Below, in pieces: positions 49,501 to 61,304 of a stretch of DNA of 64,000 nt. Every line of letters begins with the position of its first letter. Position 1 is the stretch's first letter. This stretch comes from Mytilus trossulus (Eukaryota), in assembly GCF_036588685.1 (NCBI RefSeq), contig NC_086380.1, positions 8,370,001 to 8,434,000 of the forward strand. Direction: 5' to 3'. The notes under the pieces are model-generated. The model worked only from the letters and a program-made list of their open reading frames with translations. It was not told where the DNA came from and did not search any database. A program made the position numbers and the translations under genes.

Positions 49501-51190
49501 CATAAACAATTAAGCATGTATAATGTACATGTACATTTTAGGTAAACATCTTTTTTTTTAATAATAATACACTTATGACTTAATATATATATAACAATAA
49601 AAATAAATTAAATTGCAATACAGAGTCTTCTTTACACAAGATGAGATTTTCTATCCATCTAGATACAGAATATATTCTTTTAGATTTTAAAATTGTTTCC
49701 TTTTTTAGTACAGTTATTGAATTAAGTCTGGAATTTTTTTCTACTCTTAAAAGTTCATTTTTATTGATTTGAGATATTCCATTACAACATGTACAATGAC
49801 TTACAGGTTTAGCTAACAGGAAAAGCCTTTGAAGGCTAACTTTCTTTGGAATGGTTTTCCCTTCTTTATCAATCTCCACACCCTGATCATTAAATCTACG
49901 GGTAATCCGAATCACCTTTAGCGTTCTCATGGCTCCGAAACTAAATACTGACGCAATGAATTCTATCAAACTAAAACACACAGCTGATATGACTAGTGCA
50001 TTGTATTCTGCATGCATTTTACTATACGAGGAATCGTTTATAAATTTGTAAAGTACGAATCCACCTTTAGTCACCGTGAATCCAAAAACTAATAGACTGA
50101 ACACGATCAGTGTCACATGTAAAACTTTTATTTTCTGTAATAAGGCAAAGTCATATGGTTTATCTATCTGTCTGAATGAGTAAGTTTCTAGAAATGCCAG
50201 CACTGTTACGTAAAATATCATTTTACCGGCCGCAACCAATGCTAAGTCAAAGACTGATTCTGTTAGATGGAAATCTGTTATGTTGTCAGTAAAATACTTT
50301 GTATTGCCTCCTGCAAAATCAAAGTACTGTATTTGTAGTCATGATAAATTCAATTACTATGGATTCATCATTATTGTTCCTGGGATATCAATTTTCATGG
50401 ATTTCGTTGGTACAGGAAAACCATGAAATTAGATGTTCAACGAATGACAAATTTTACAAAGGCTTGTATGCAGACTTCAGTAAAACCACGAAATTAAATA
50501 TCCACGAATATGTAAGTTTCCCTGAATCCACGAAAATAAATGAATCTGCAGTATTCTAAAGTTATGTCATTAAAGGCAATCCTTTTCATACTGGTATGTT
50601 AGTTAGTTACAATATTCTATGTGATATTCATTTGTTTTAAAACCCAAATCATTATTTTAGACATTGTAAGGAGACAAAAATGTCAGAAACATAAACTTAT
50701 TAAACCCCACCACATTAAGTGTCTTTACCAAGTTGGCCAAACTTGACTGCAATGTATGTGTTTTTGTTGTTTGTATTTGTTTTAATTAGGCAACATATAA
50801 AAATATTTTTGTTTGCCCAAACCCTACCCAAAGGTAGAGACAGAGTGAAGGTTATTAGATAGGTAAGGCATTTTCTTTTCTATTTTGAGAATGGTTTAAA
50901 AATACTTAATAAACTGATCATGCTGATAGTCCATTTCCAATCAGAGAAAAAGAGGATACATTTCTAACTAATAATTTATACATTTGTAGATAAATCATAA
51001 TTAACAATAAATGTTTACCTGTTACCCATAATGCAATAGAAACAATGGTATCAACAGTAACTATTAGGATTACAATATTGCTGTATCGCATGGTTGGCAG
51101 TTCATACAATTTCTTATATTCTGTATCGTCCTCATTGATTGGCATGGCCTCCTCTCCTGGGACGACTCCATTGGATTTCTTTGAAGTCAT
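31519..51190 (-). CDS. ABC transporter subfamily B half-transporter (extra N-terminal TM domain + TMD + NBD; TAPL/ABCB9- or plant ABCB27-like), 16 coding exons, ~805 aa
   Basis: Exons 51190-51019, 50310-49805, 49409-49298, 48097-47923, 46965-46905, 46351-46216, 45417-45229, 44837-44709, 43905-43832, 42957-42864, 41880-41819, 40915-40789, 34670-34537, 33348-33178, 32753-32631, 31671-31519. All GT-AG and phase-consistent (2418 nt). Motifs FFDENRTGEL, Walker [11 protein letters not shown]-loop VSQEP, LSGGQ, Walker B LLLLDEATSALD, IAHRLST. Confidence 0.93.
33702..34416. mobile_element. Longer (~715 bp) member of the TACTGT MITE family in ABCB intron 13
   Basis: tactgtgaaag...ctttcacagta termini with ttcgtgg/ccacgaa subterminal motifs. 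Confidence 0.7.
35187..39455 (+). CDS. Ginger transposase/integrase (HHCC + DDE + acidic linker + AT-hook-like + Tudor/SH3-like C-terminus), 6 exons (35187-36121, 36572-36740, 37432-37553, 38119-38187, 38554-38667, 39126-39455), ~579 aa, one frameshift at T7 35347-35353
   Basis: H-x3-H...C-x2-C (NHETDH...CTSC), [32 protein letters not shown]. Five GT-AG introns in consistent phase (0,1,0,0,0) with no stops in exons. Confidence 0.82.
39518..40072 (+). repeat. Tandem array of ~103-bp units (~5.5 copies) in the 3' part of the Ginger element
   Basis: ttgcgtattgtccagtt.ccagtatttcatgcatatt recurring at ~103-bp spacing. Confidence 0.85.
40676..40760 (-). pseudogene. Decayed tandem duplicate of the 3' half of ABCB exon 12 (Walker A) plus donor region
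   Basis: Encodes [19 protein letters not shown] versus [19 protein letters not shown] in the real exon; 8-nt deletion and damaged donor. Confidence 0.8.
41573..41599 (+). ncRNA. Hammerhead-like core (CTGAAGA-a-GGCC-aat-GGCC-GAAAC-GTC), Penelope-type minimal motif, inside a 29-bp inverted repeat
   Basis: Conserved CUGANGA and GAAA boxes around a 4-bp helix II; helix I is weak. Confidence 0.4.
42011..42396. mobile_element. ~386-bp MITE with CAATAGAC.ACTTTC.AGTT TIR
   Basis: caatagaccactttccagtt / aactcgaaagttgtctattg. Confidence 0.75.
44300..44587. mobile_element. PIF/Harbinger-like MITE with repeated AATTCGAATT palindromes
   Basis: tta|tgctaggttcacacg ... cgtgtgaacgaggca|taa; TWA flanks. 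Confidence 0.7.
44610..44719 (-). repeat. 34-bp tandem repeat (x3) containing the ABCB exon 8 splice donor
   Basis: ttagtacataggagtaattgtaagtacttacatg repeated at 44610, 44644, 44678. Confidence 0.9.
47822..47863 (+). ncRNA. Minimal type I hammerhead ribozyme motif (probably inactivated) within a ~240-bp retrozyme/PLE-like repeat (~47665-47905)
   Basis: cgtca-CTGATGA-gtct-tttgt-agac-AAAA-c-gccc-GTC-tgga: helix II intact, GAAA box reads AAAA. Confidence 0.6.
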
Positions 51191-51898
51191 ATTGCTTTTA
51201 TTCTAAAATAAAATAAAATGTTTGAATAAATAATAGATTTAGATGTGTTGTATTTTTAGATATATATTATATCATATATACACATGTATGACTATGTGTA
51301 ATTCAGTTTAATAATTTTACAGATAAATGTACAAGTGATGTTTGGAAACTCCCTTTTTCTTTACGCTCTTTCTGGTATTAAATGTTGTTTAAGTACATGT
51401 AAGATGTGTGTTTATTCATGAGCTAGTTCCTAAAACAAAAACTAAAGTTTAAAAAGGCGAGGCCCATAGTCATATCATCACAGATGCTAGAAAAATGGAA
51501 AACTTTTTACTGAGCTAATAAATATTAAAGTAATCATTCTTGTCCTTTCCAATGAGGATCTGTTAAAATTGTTCTTGGCACTATTCATGGCTTTTTAATT
51601 TCATGCCATTGACACAAAATGACACCTTTTACAAAAGTCTCATCCTCGTAATATTTGATTTGATTGTGGACTTCGTGTTTAAGCATGTGAATATTCAATA
51701 AAGATCAAACTAGCTACTAGAATTTTTGATTTATTGAATTCAGTATAATATATAGGTGGTATTGATTATAAATTCAAAAACAGTCATTCAGTGCTACATG
51801 CTACAAACTTATACAACGACGAATGTCATGTACATTTAGCTACTTTATCAAACTGTTAATAGTTTATATTTCTATTCCTTTTTTTATTATTATATTAT

Positions 51899-52019
51899 AG
51901 GGTTATTGCATGAAAATTGGGGAATATTGTCCCAAGTAGAATTTTATATTGCACGAGCTTGTTGGTGCAATATATGTTCTACGAGGGACAATATTCCCAA
52001 ATATTCATGCAATAACCCT
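51899..52019. repeat. ~120-bp imperfect palindrome, structurally like the hairpins of the 625-bp units
   Basis: agggttattgcatgaa...gggaatattgtccc...tattgcac-gagcttgttg-gtgcaata...gggacaatattccc...ttcatgcaataaccct. Confidence 0.75.
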
Positions 52020-52926
52020 TTTATTGTATAGCAATATAATATTTGAAAGTAAAAATTGGTTTAAACTAAGATTTTGGCATTGCATTTTGAAGATTTATTG
52101 CACTAGTATATATATATTAAAATTGAGAATGGAAATGGGGAATGTGTCAAAGACAACAACCCGACCATAGAAAAAACAACAACAGAGGGCCACCAACAGG
52201 TCTTCAATGTAGCGAGAAATTCCCACAACCAGAGGCGTCCTTCAGCTGGCCCCTAAACAATATTAGAATTTATTGCACACTTACTTTTGGTTACTTTCTG
52301 TGGGGAATACTATATTGCTATGCAATAATATTTAATATATTTTCAAAATTATACTGTACTCTTTGCATAATGTTAATTTTGTTCAAACACAATGACTGTA
52401 CATGTACCTATTGCATCAGCACAAACTGCTAGTTATCTTCAGCATTGTGGGATTTTGTTGATCCTTTAAAGGAGAACAAGTGTTTAGAAGCTTATTGAAA
52501 TTTATTTTATTGTTTGTTCATCGTGAAATGGCAATTTTATTTCGCGTCCTTCTGTGCAGATACTTCCCTTGAGGGAGGGTAACAGAGGTCCTGATCCAGA
52601 AATCCTAGCTGGGCTTAAAAACACGAAATCCTGAGGTCCCGAAATTCGAAAAAAGAATTCCTGGATCCCGAAATTCCAAGCTTAAAAACACCCGATCCCG
52701 GAGTTCCAATAAAGGTCCTATCCCCCCTCTCCCTTTACCAGTTTATAACCCTCATCTTAATTAATGAAAACTACATTTGTAAATGCAGAATGTTTATTTT
52801 TGATGATAGACATCAATTTTTATTAAAATAAACATAGTATAGCAAACAACGAGTTCCAAGTACACACTATAACTATCTGTGCACTATCAAATAGAAATAA
52901 ACATTATGCAATCATGAATGTCAACT

Positions 52927-53935
52927 GCTGTTCCTATGTCATATTAATGACTTACCTGAAACTGTTAAATCTCAAGTCAGATTATTCGCAGATGATTGCC
53001 TACTGTATAGGAAAGTCCAAACACAACAGGACCACCAACTACTACAAAACGACCTTGTATCGTTGGAAGAATGGGCCACAAAATGGGGTATGAGATTCAA
53101 TGCCAAAAAATGTTACGTGATGAGTGTCAACAACAAATCATCTCATTTTTATAAACTGGACAATCAGATACTGCAACAGGTACAACAAAATCTGTATCTC
53201 GGTGTAATTATCTCAGATGATCTGAGGTGGGGCGCCCACATCGCTAAAACCGTGAAGAAAGCCAACTCAACTCTAGGCTTCTTGCGACGAAACCTCCGCC
53301 ACTGTCCAAAGGATTGCAGGAAACAGGCATATATAGGACTTATCCGTTCACTTTTAGAATATGCGTCCATAGTCTTGGACCCTTACTTAATGAAGGATAT
53401 TAATGCACTTGAAAAAGTACAGAGACAAGCAGTGCGTTTCATTAGTGGGGATTACACAAGCAGAGAGGAAGGTAGCATAAGGAGACTTATGATTGAACTA
53501 AAACTTCCAACACTGGAAAACAGACGTCGTCACAGTAGACTTACTTTTCTCTACAAGGTGGCCGGGGAGTTGGTACCAGCTATACCGCAAGACTCAGTAT
53601 TAGTCAAAGAGAGACCAAAACGACAAGTTAAACCAAAACAATTTAGTGACTATAAAACAACAAACATTGTAGACAAATTTGCTCAAAACAACAGCCGTTG
53701 CTTTAAAATTCCACCTAGCAAATCAGAACAATACAAACAGTCATTCTTTGTAAGAACAATACCTGATTGGAATAGACTACCAGACAATCTCGTGTGTGCT
53801 AAGACAATTGAGAGCTTTAAAACTTCGGTTGCTCTCACAACGTTGGACTAATTTTTCCAGCGCCTCTCTCCCGTTGCCATTGATGCCATATCCTGGCCCT
53901 GCAACGTATTTATTCAGATTCAGATTCAGATTCAG
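52927..53935 (+). mobile_element. 5'-truncated CR1-group LINE (RT C-terminal part, ORF to 53851) with (ATTCAG)n tail and 13-bp TSD
   Basis: LFLCHINDLPETVKSQVRLFADD...YLGV; tail ttcagattcagattcag; TSD atgaatgtcaact at 52914-52926 and 53936-53948. Confidence 0.92.
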
Positions 53936-55399
53936 ATGAATGTCAACTATAATTGTTTGACGACCTAAAAAATGACCCGAGACAAAAGAAAGGATTATTC
54001 TCAATGCTTCTATCCCCGTACTTACTTTTTCTAATGTATTAGTCGTTATATTGACTGTCCTTCTTTTGAATAAACAAAATATTCACACACACTCAGATAT
54101 ATATTTTAGATATATATGTAGTCTGAGTAAAAAGCATAGCAGTGTTTGTAATGACAAAAAATAGAATATCAATATTATAATCACCGTCCCAACTTCCGAT
54201 GAAGGTTAATTTTCCGTAAATTTACGCACCTTGAAATTTACGCATACTTTTCAAGTTGTGCTTTCAGATTTTCCGACTCTATTAATTTATTATGTTTAAT
54301 AGGACTAATCTTGTAGACTTACATTCTATCCATACGTTCAATTTTAAATTCCCCGGCCATGGTGGCTTCTTAAAAAGGATCCAGCTAACAATTCAGTACA
54401 TTTGTAACTTAACAATAAGTTTCTATCTATACTGAGGTCCTCGCGGAGCTGATAGAAAAACGTTTATGCTTTTGTATTAAACTCTGTTGACCAACTTTTT
54501 TCAATGTTCATGCATTGAGGTTGATTCTTAATAATGAAAATATCAAATAAAGAAGTATATCGAAACATCTGCACTTTTGTTATTATCCTCCTAAATAAAT
54601 CCATCTGCTAAGTCTCGGGTAAGATTGAAAATTGTCCATTAAGAGTTTGGTCACTCCCATTCTACCGTTTTAATTCTCCGTTCAATTATCATGGTTCGTC
54701 CGTTCGTCCGTCCTTCCGTTCGTCCCGCTTCAGATTAAAGTTTTCGGTCGAAGTAGTTTTTGATGAAGTTGAAGTCCAATCAACTTGAAACTTAGTTCAC
54801 ATATTCCCTATGATATGATCTTTCTAATTTTAATGCCAAATTATAGTTTTACCGCTTTTCAGGGTACACTGAACATAGAAAATGATAAAGCGAGTGGGGC
54901 ATCCGTGTACTATAGTTACACATTCTTGTTTAAAGGATATTTTACATTTATTCGTATGGCTTTTTTTGTATTATACAGTACTCAGTAGACCAATCTTAAG
55001 CCAAAAAAACGATACTCAAATATATATTTTTTAAAGTTACCCTCTTCAATACTTCAAGGAAGAAGCAATGTTCTCAATACATCAACATCCTTTCATTTCA
55101 AGTTGTAATAGTGGGCAAGGTTCAAGGGCCCTCCCTCATGGAGCAAGCTGCCAACGTACAAAATTTATACATGTCCAATTGAAACCTTTTTTAAAATCAT
55201 GGCCTGAATTCTCATCTCTAATTTAATAATAAGTTTGAGAAAGAACCAAATTCGAATTATCTGCAAATGATACCATTTTATTAAAAAGCGAAGTATCAGC
55301 CATGACTACGTATGTAACTCTTTTAATTTAAAAATGAATATCAAGGAATATTAAACAGACTGAAACTTCCAGAAAGTTTTAGAAGGGAAGTGGTGCTAA

Positions 55400-56089
55400 G
55401 ACAATAACCACCAAAACCAAGGAGTAAACAAAGACCCACAAAACCAAAGGACACGTAAATCAACAGTTATAAATAATAAATAAGAAACAACACGAACTCC
55501 ACTAAAAACCGGGAGTGAAATCAGGTGCTCCGGAAGGGTAAGCATTTCCTGTACCGTATACGGCACCCGTAGTGTTATTTCTTTGTCAAGTTCAGTTCGG
55601 TAATGATGGAAGGTTATTATGGCTGAGGACGAATATCAGATATATGATTCTGACACACTTTTGCCATAATGGCCAATCAGCTCATGATGGCGACCATAAA
55701 ATTTCTTGAGTGATGACCTTAATTTGATTGATTCATAGCCATGTCTTAGCAACTTTTGAGAAAGCAGTATTCCTCGTTCAACAATATCAACGTACTTTGA
55801 TCTAGCTCGCGTTGGTAATACATTTTGGTATTTAATCTATCATCAGTAGTCATTTCGAGAAAAAAGGTCTAAATATGAAGCAGATATATATGTGTCGGTA
55901 GTATCTTTAATTTCAAGTTCACTTGGATATATTAAAGGTAAGTGATCAGTGCATATATTATTATTAAGAGACAGTACATCATCAATATACCAAAAGGTGA
56001 AATTAAAAGACTGGACTAATTTCTTTTCTCCTTTCTGTACAAGCCCTTGGATGAATTCTGCTTCATAGGATTACAAAAACAAATCGGCA
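55400..56089 (-). mobile_element. Degenerate Penelope-like retroelement fragment (RT core relic plus 3' region)
   Basis: Minus-strand ~56089-55860 translates ADLFL*SYEAEFIQGL...FNFTFWYIDDVLSLNN...IYPSELEIKDTTD...ASYLDL (YIDD-type RT) with an in-frame stop. Confidence 0.7.
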
Positions 56090-56835
56090 TGATGCTAAAT
56101 GATTCCAGCGGGACGGATGGGGATCGGTTTCAAGTCACATTTTTATCGATCTTTACGTCAGTTCACAACATTAAAACACCTTGGGGTCTAGAACCACCAA
56201 AGCGAATCACCTATTATTGTCTAAACACACGACCAGTAAATATTCCTGTAGATTAAGAAATTATTGCATGCCGATTATTGCGAATTTTGAAGAATGGACT
56301 TAAATACTAGATTAGTTATTGCGATTTCAGGAATTCCTGGCAACAGTTATCTGAATACAAGTTTATTTTTGCGATACTCATCCCTTCGCATTATTCGCAT
56401 TTTTAAAACCTCGACGATATATTTTTGTTGGAACAAATGAATCGAGAGAAGTCTGAAGCGTATTCTAAACGTGTAGTTAAGCCATTTTCAACTGATTTTT
56501 ATAATTTGTTCTTTTTTGTGCTGCAACATGTCAGGGGAGAGTTGGGCGCTCACAACCATGTTTATCCCCACCACATTTTGCATGTGCCTGTGCCAATTCA
56601 GGAGACTGTATACGTAGTTAAGTGGTTGTCGTGGGTTCATGTCTGTCTTTTTTGTTTTTCGTGAATTGTTTAAATTGTTTAGTTTTCTAAATTGATGCCT
56701 TTGTTAATGGTATGCGGTTTTCTCATTGTTGAACTGAGGACGTACGATTGACTATAATTGCTGACATATACTTCATTTGAACTTTGTTACATTTATGGTA
56801 GTCGATGTGACAGTTGACTTCACACAAAATAATTA

Positions 56836-57110
56836 TATAAAAAAGAAGATGTGGTATGATTGCCAATGAGACAACTATCCACAAAAGACCAAAATGACAC
56901 AAACATTAACAATTATAGGTCACCGTACGGCCTTCAACAATGAGCAAAGCCCATACCGCATATAGTCAGCTATAAAAGGCCCCGATAAGACAATGTAAAA
57001 CAATTCAAGCGAGAAAACTAACGGCCTTATTTATGTAAAGAAATTAACGAAAAACAAATATGTAACACATAAACAAACGACAACCACTGAATTACAGGCT
57101 CCTGACTTGA
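56836..57110 (+). repeat. Abundant interspersed repeat (aaaaaagaagatgtggtatgattgccaatgagacaact...); other copies ~14130-14240, 14420-14540, 27925-28030, 37850-38020, 38760-38930, and reverse copies ~42520-42610, 48135-48270
   Basis: Many dispersed homologous copies within the window; recognised as a common mussel repeat. Confidence 0.8.
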
Positions 57111-57571
57111 TTAATAACGAACTATGAACGAATACCTTATGTACCGATGATTATGGCCGCATTCAAGTTTAACTTTTTCATACCGAAATTTTAGCGAGAA
57201 ATAAAAAAAAACCAAGTTGATACCAAATTCGAAAATAAAGATTTTTTACTTTTAATAAATCCAAATAGAGTTATCGCTCGTTGTATATAAAATTAAACAT
57301 ACCTGTTAGCCACGCCTCCTGCAGGTAAATCTCAGGTAAAACTAGCAGAACCAGTTTTTTAATATTTGAAAGACTTCCCATTTAAGCTATTGATTAAATT
57401 CTAAATATAAAATGTGAATTTAGCATACGGTTGACTTGGAATAAACTGAATAATTTCATTACACAGGGTAGGGCAACCCCTTAACTGTATTATCATTTAG
57501 GGGTAGGGATCTCCAGCTGAGGGATAATTACTTCGTATGCCGAAGGGCCATTACAAGGCACCTTAATCAAA

Positions 57572-60500
57572 ATGAGGTAAGTTATTAGATCTGATTATAT
57601 CATTCGGATTATACATGAATACGATTTTACTTGTCCCACGATGTCTATGTTTACATCGGGTGTAGCCTTTCAGTTTTGATTAATTTTGAGTTTGTTGAAA
57701 ACAAATTTTGTTTGAAATTTTAAAATATTAATTATCTTTTAATGATCCGATTAATGCATATATGTATAGCTTTATATACTTGTGACCACTCACTCAAGAA
57801 CAGAAGAAGGATATGCATTCACATAAAAAATGTTTGGAATAAAAGGGGTACGATTACAAACTCCAAATATTTATTAGTATGAATAAAATTCAAAACAACA
57901 TTTAGGTATGCAACTACTCTGGGTATGTAATTGTTAATAAGAAAATCGAGACGGAGATGTCATTATAGCACCTTATTCGTCTTTGCAAAGGTCCCAAACA
58001 AGAGTTTAAACATAAAAAAATATGTTCCACCAATCAATTTCTCAACCAAAAAATATATAACATAATAAGCAGATAAAAATAGAAAACAATGATATAAATT
58101 CTTATCATAATATATAATATATAATAACTTGATAGTTAAATTTAAATAGCAATCTAGACACTTTTTCATTCAAACAACTGACAACAATGTTTTATCTTCC
58201 CAGCTGACAACCCCTTCAAAAATAAAAAAACCAACAACAGATGCACTTTAAGTCATATGAAACTTCAAATCACATAAAAAATATGCATTTGTTTTTTTTA
58301 TAACTAACTGGTTAGTTTTCATTATAAAACTAATGAACATATACTGTTTTCTCAAGACAATTCTATGATAGTGTTAAAAATTGCAAAATATATACATCTG
58401 TTCAAGAATTGGATTAACTTTATTTTTCAACAGTCACTCGTTTCATATGACTTTAAAGTTGAGCAATTTGTCTCAATGCCATTTTGACAGTAACTGAAAT
58501 TTAAACTCGCCATAAAATTAAAGTTACTAGATTTCGAGGTATCTTGATCCATTATAACACTTTTAGATGAAGCATTATTAATATCATAGAAGTCCCACAT
58601 CGATGAAATCATTGCAGCTACTCATATATATATATAAAGGTCTGGACAGGGAATCATTACTCTCTCTCTATATATATTTTTTTTATATTTGAAGGAAATT
58701 TGTCGATGTTTAAAAGTAACGTTTAGAAATGATCATGAATTTCAATTGTTTCCTCAATTTCGGATTTCTCTCAAACATTCCCATAAACGTTTCAAAATCC
58801 CCCTATAGCTTTTTACACATTTGATGGCAACAATCTGTTCTGCCTAGACACTGTGAAACATGCTATTTCAAGGATGTTGAAATTGTATTCCTTAACAAAC
58901 TAAATAAAGTTATCCTTATTATTGTATATCCAATCTTTGATAATAGTATTTGAATTTCAGGGTATATATATTGTCGACACTTTTGGTGGCAGCAATATGT
59001 TCTGCCCAGACACTGGTGAGACAGACTTGCTCCGACACACGCTCCTCTGTGGATGTTCAAATGACCGGTGCCAATGCTGTGATTGGTGGACTATTTGAGA
59101 TGAGAACGTCAATTCTTGGTGGATATGCATGTGGAGAACCTCACAAAGGTATTTTTTTAGAACTCAATTATTAATTTTAATTACATGGATACTGTACATG
59201 ATATTAAAATGAATTAACCTGTTCTATATCTTTTTGTGACATTACTTGTACTTATCTAGTTTAAACCCATTTTATTAAACAGAACAACTCTACATCACTT
59301 ATAAAAAACCTGTCTTATTTAGAGAAGCTCTCTCCCAAAACATATGATTATCTAGTATTAAAAATAATTCTTATATTGCTTCATAGTGTAAAAGACACTA
59401 AAAAAAATAGTGAACACAATCTTAGATTAAAGTAAGTGGGACTTTGTTTAATATTAACATATTTCTCCATTTTTCATGATTGATAAATATTAAGGATGAA
59501 TGTTTTATTACCACAACAAAACTATGAGGTGAGCTGTTTGAAATCAATTTGGATTGTTTTTCCTCCTGAACATATTTGTTTTAAGAAATCCGTTTGTTGT
59601 GGGTCATGTGATTCTATTCCGACTAACATTCGTACAAGGGAAAATGAATCTTTGGTTCTGTTTATATTGGGGTCTTCATTATTAATACTAATTCACAAAC
59701 CATAACCCTATATTAATATGACAAACGTATGCGAGCACTAACTACAGGGCAGTCCAATTTTATAAAGAATAAAACATATTTTACATACATGTAGCTGATT
59801 CGTATACAAACTTATTTCCAACAATGCAGTTTGTATCAATCTTTATCATAAAATAATATTACTGACAATCACCCTTAATTTTATTATAACATTTCCCCCC
59901 ACTTCTATAGATATCGCTTAATGAGGTCAACATAGATAAGTATTATAAAGACATTTTTCTTCCTCATCACACACATTTTACCGTTATACCAAAAACGTTT
60001 TTTTTTTAAATTTGCTTTTTTAAATTAAACAAATGAAAGAGGTCTTACCATTTTAACGAAAGTTACCAATCATATATAGTTTGAATGATACATATATTTT
60101 AATGATTTTTACAGAGCTGATTCAAGTTTACGAAGCAGCTAGATGGGCATTACAGAAAGTAAACACCAATGCTATGGTACCTGGTGTCAAATTAGGTAAG
60201 TCTAACAATAATTCATAGGCTGTGCGATGCTTTAAGGTGTTTATGTAGTTTTATGATCTTCGAAAAAGAAATTTGATATGGAAAATTAAATTATAAATTC
60301 GCGATTTCTTTGTTTCACGAAGTTTTATATACTTCACCTTTGTACATATATTGAAATGGCGCTCCGTTGTTGTTTTGTTTGCCCGAATGTTTACCAGAAG
60401 CCAAAGTCTATGTCTGAGTGTAAGTAAAAACAGATTCTGCCCACCAAAAGCATTTCATTACCGAACCAATGACAATTGTCTTTTATTAAGAACGTAAGTG

Positions 60501-60957
60501 GTAACCGCTATTAATTACAATAACACCATATATGGACACGAACAGTAACGGATCACTAAAACAGTAACTTTTGAAAGTTGCTTCAGAAAATGTCATGTTG
60601 AAACTATATTAATCATAGGAAAAAAAATATATATACAATGTATATCAAATGTGTGGAAACATCATTGCATGGTACGTCCGATGTTAGCAATAAAATTGAT
60701 AATAGACACTACTAGTACCTTAATATAACACGTTTTACATTAAAAGGTAGGTTAGAACTATGACAGTCTTAATCTTCTAATATACAAATATATTTCTTCG
60801 TACCATGATTGAGATATTTATCTTTTGTTCACAGGGATGAAAGCCTATGACACTTGTTCATCAGAAGTATTAGCTTTGAAGTATGCCCAAGATTTCTACT
60901 CTCGTCTGACTACTGGTCAGAACGCATGTACTGCACAGACTAGCCAACTTAACCTTG
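57572..60957 (+). CDS. Class C GPCR / Venus-flytrap (ANF receptor) domain protein, first four coding exons (57572-57576, 58961-59148, 60115-60195, 60835-60957); continues beyond the window
   Basis: MR|VYILSTLLVAAICSAQ signal peptide; VIGGLF...C...EAARWALQKVN...VPGVKLGMKAYDTCS...AL matches the mGluR/CaSR N-terminal pattern; phases 2,1,1,1 are consistent. Confidence 0.8.
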
Positions 60958-61304
60958 GTAAGTAAAACATAGAACGTTTACATTACAGCCCGTAACAGAG
61001 AAGTGATCGAATTCGCGTTTCTTTACCTTCAGAATAAGTTACGTTATCGACAAACTTATTTCAGAAGTGACACAATTTAATTCTCTTCATCGACTAAATA
61101 TTTCATGTCCAATGTGTAAGTTTTCATTGTTTAAGTCGAAGTTTTTTCTTTATATCGTCTATAAGCTCTATATACTTTCGTTTCCATGAAAAGGCAAATG
61201 TAGCTTACGTTTACATACAACAAGAACGGATTGGCATTTGCACTGTACATGCTGTAGTTTATACATTGTTTCCTTGAAATTGTTATATTAAAAGAGTTAT
61301 TTAG

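Noticed and set aside
54020-54250. Possible non-coding first exon and promoter of the ABCB gene (minus-strand gtaagt near 54025)
   Set aside because: An acceptor at 51203 implies an upstream UTR exon, but its location cannot be fixed from sequence alone.
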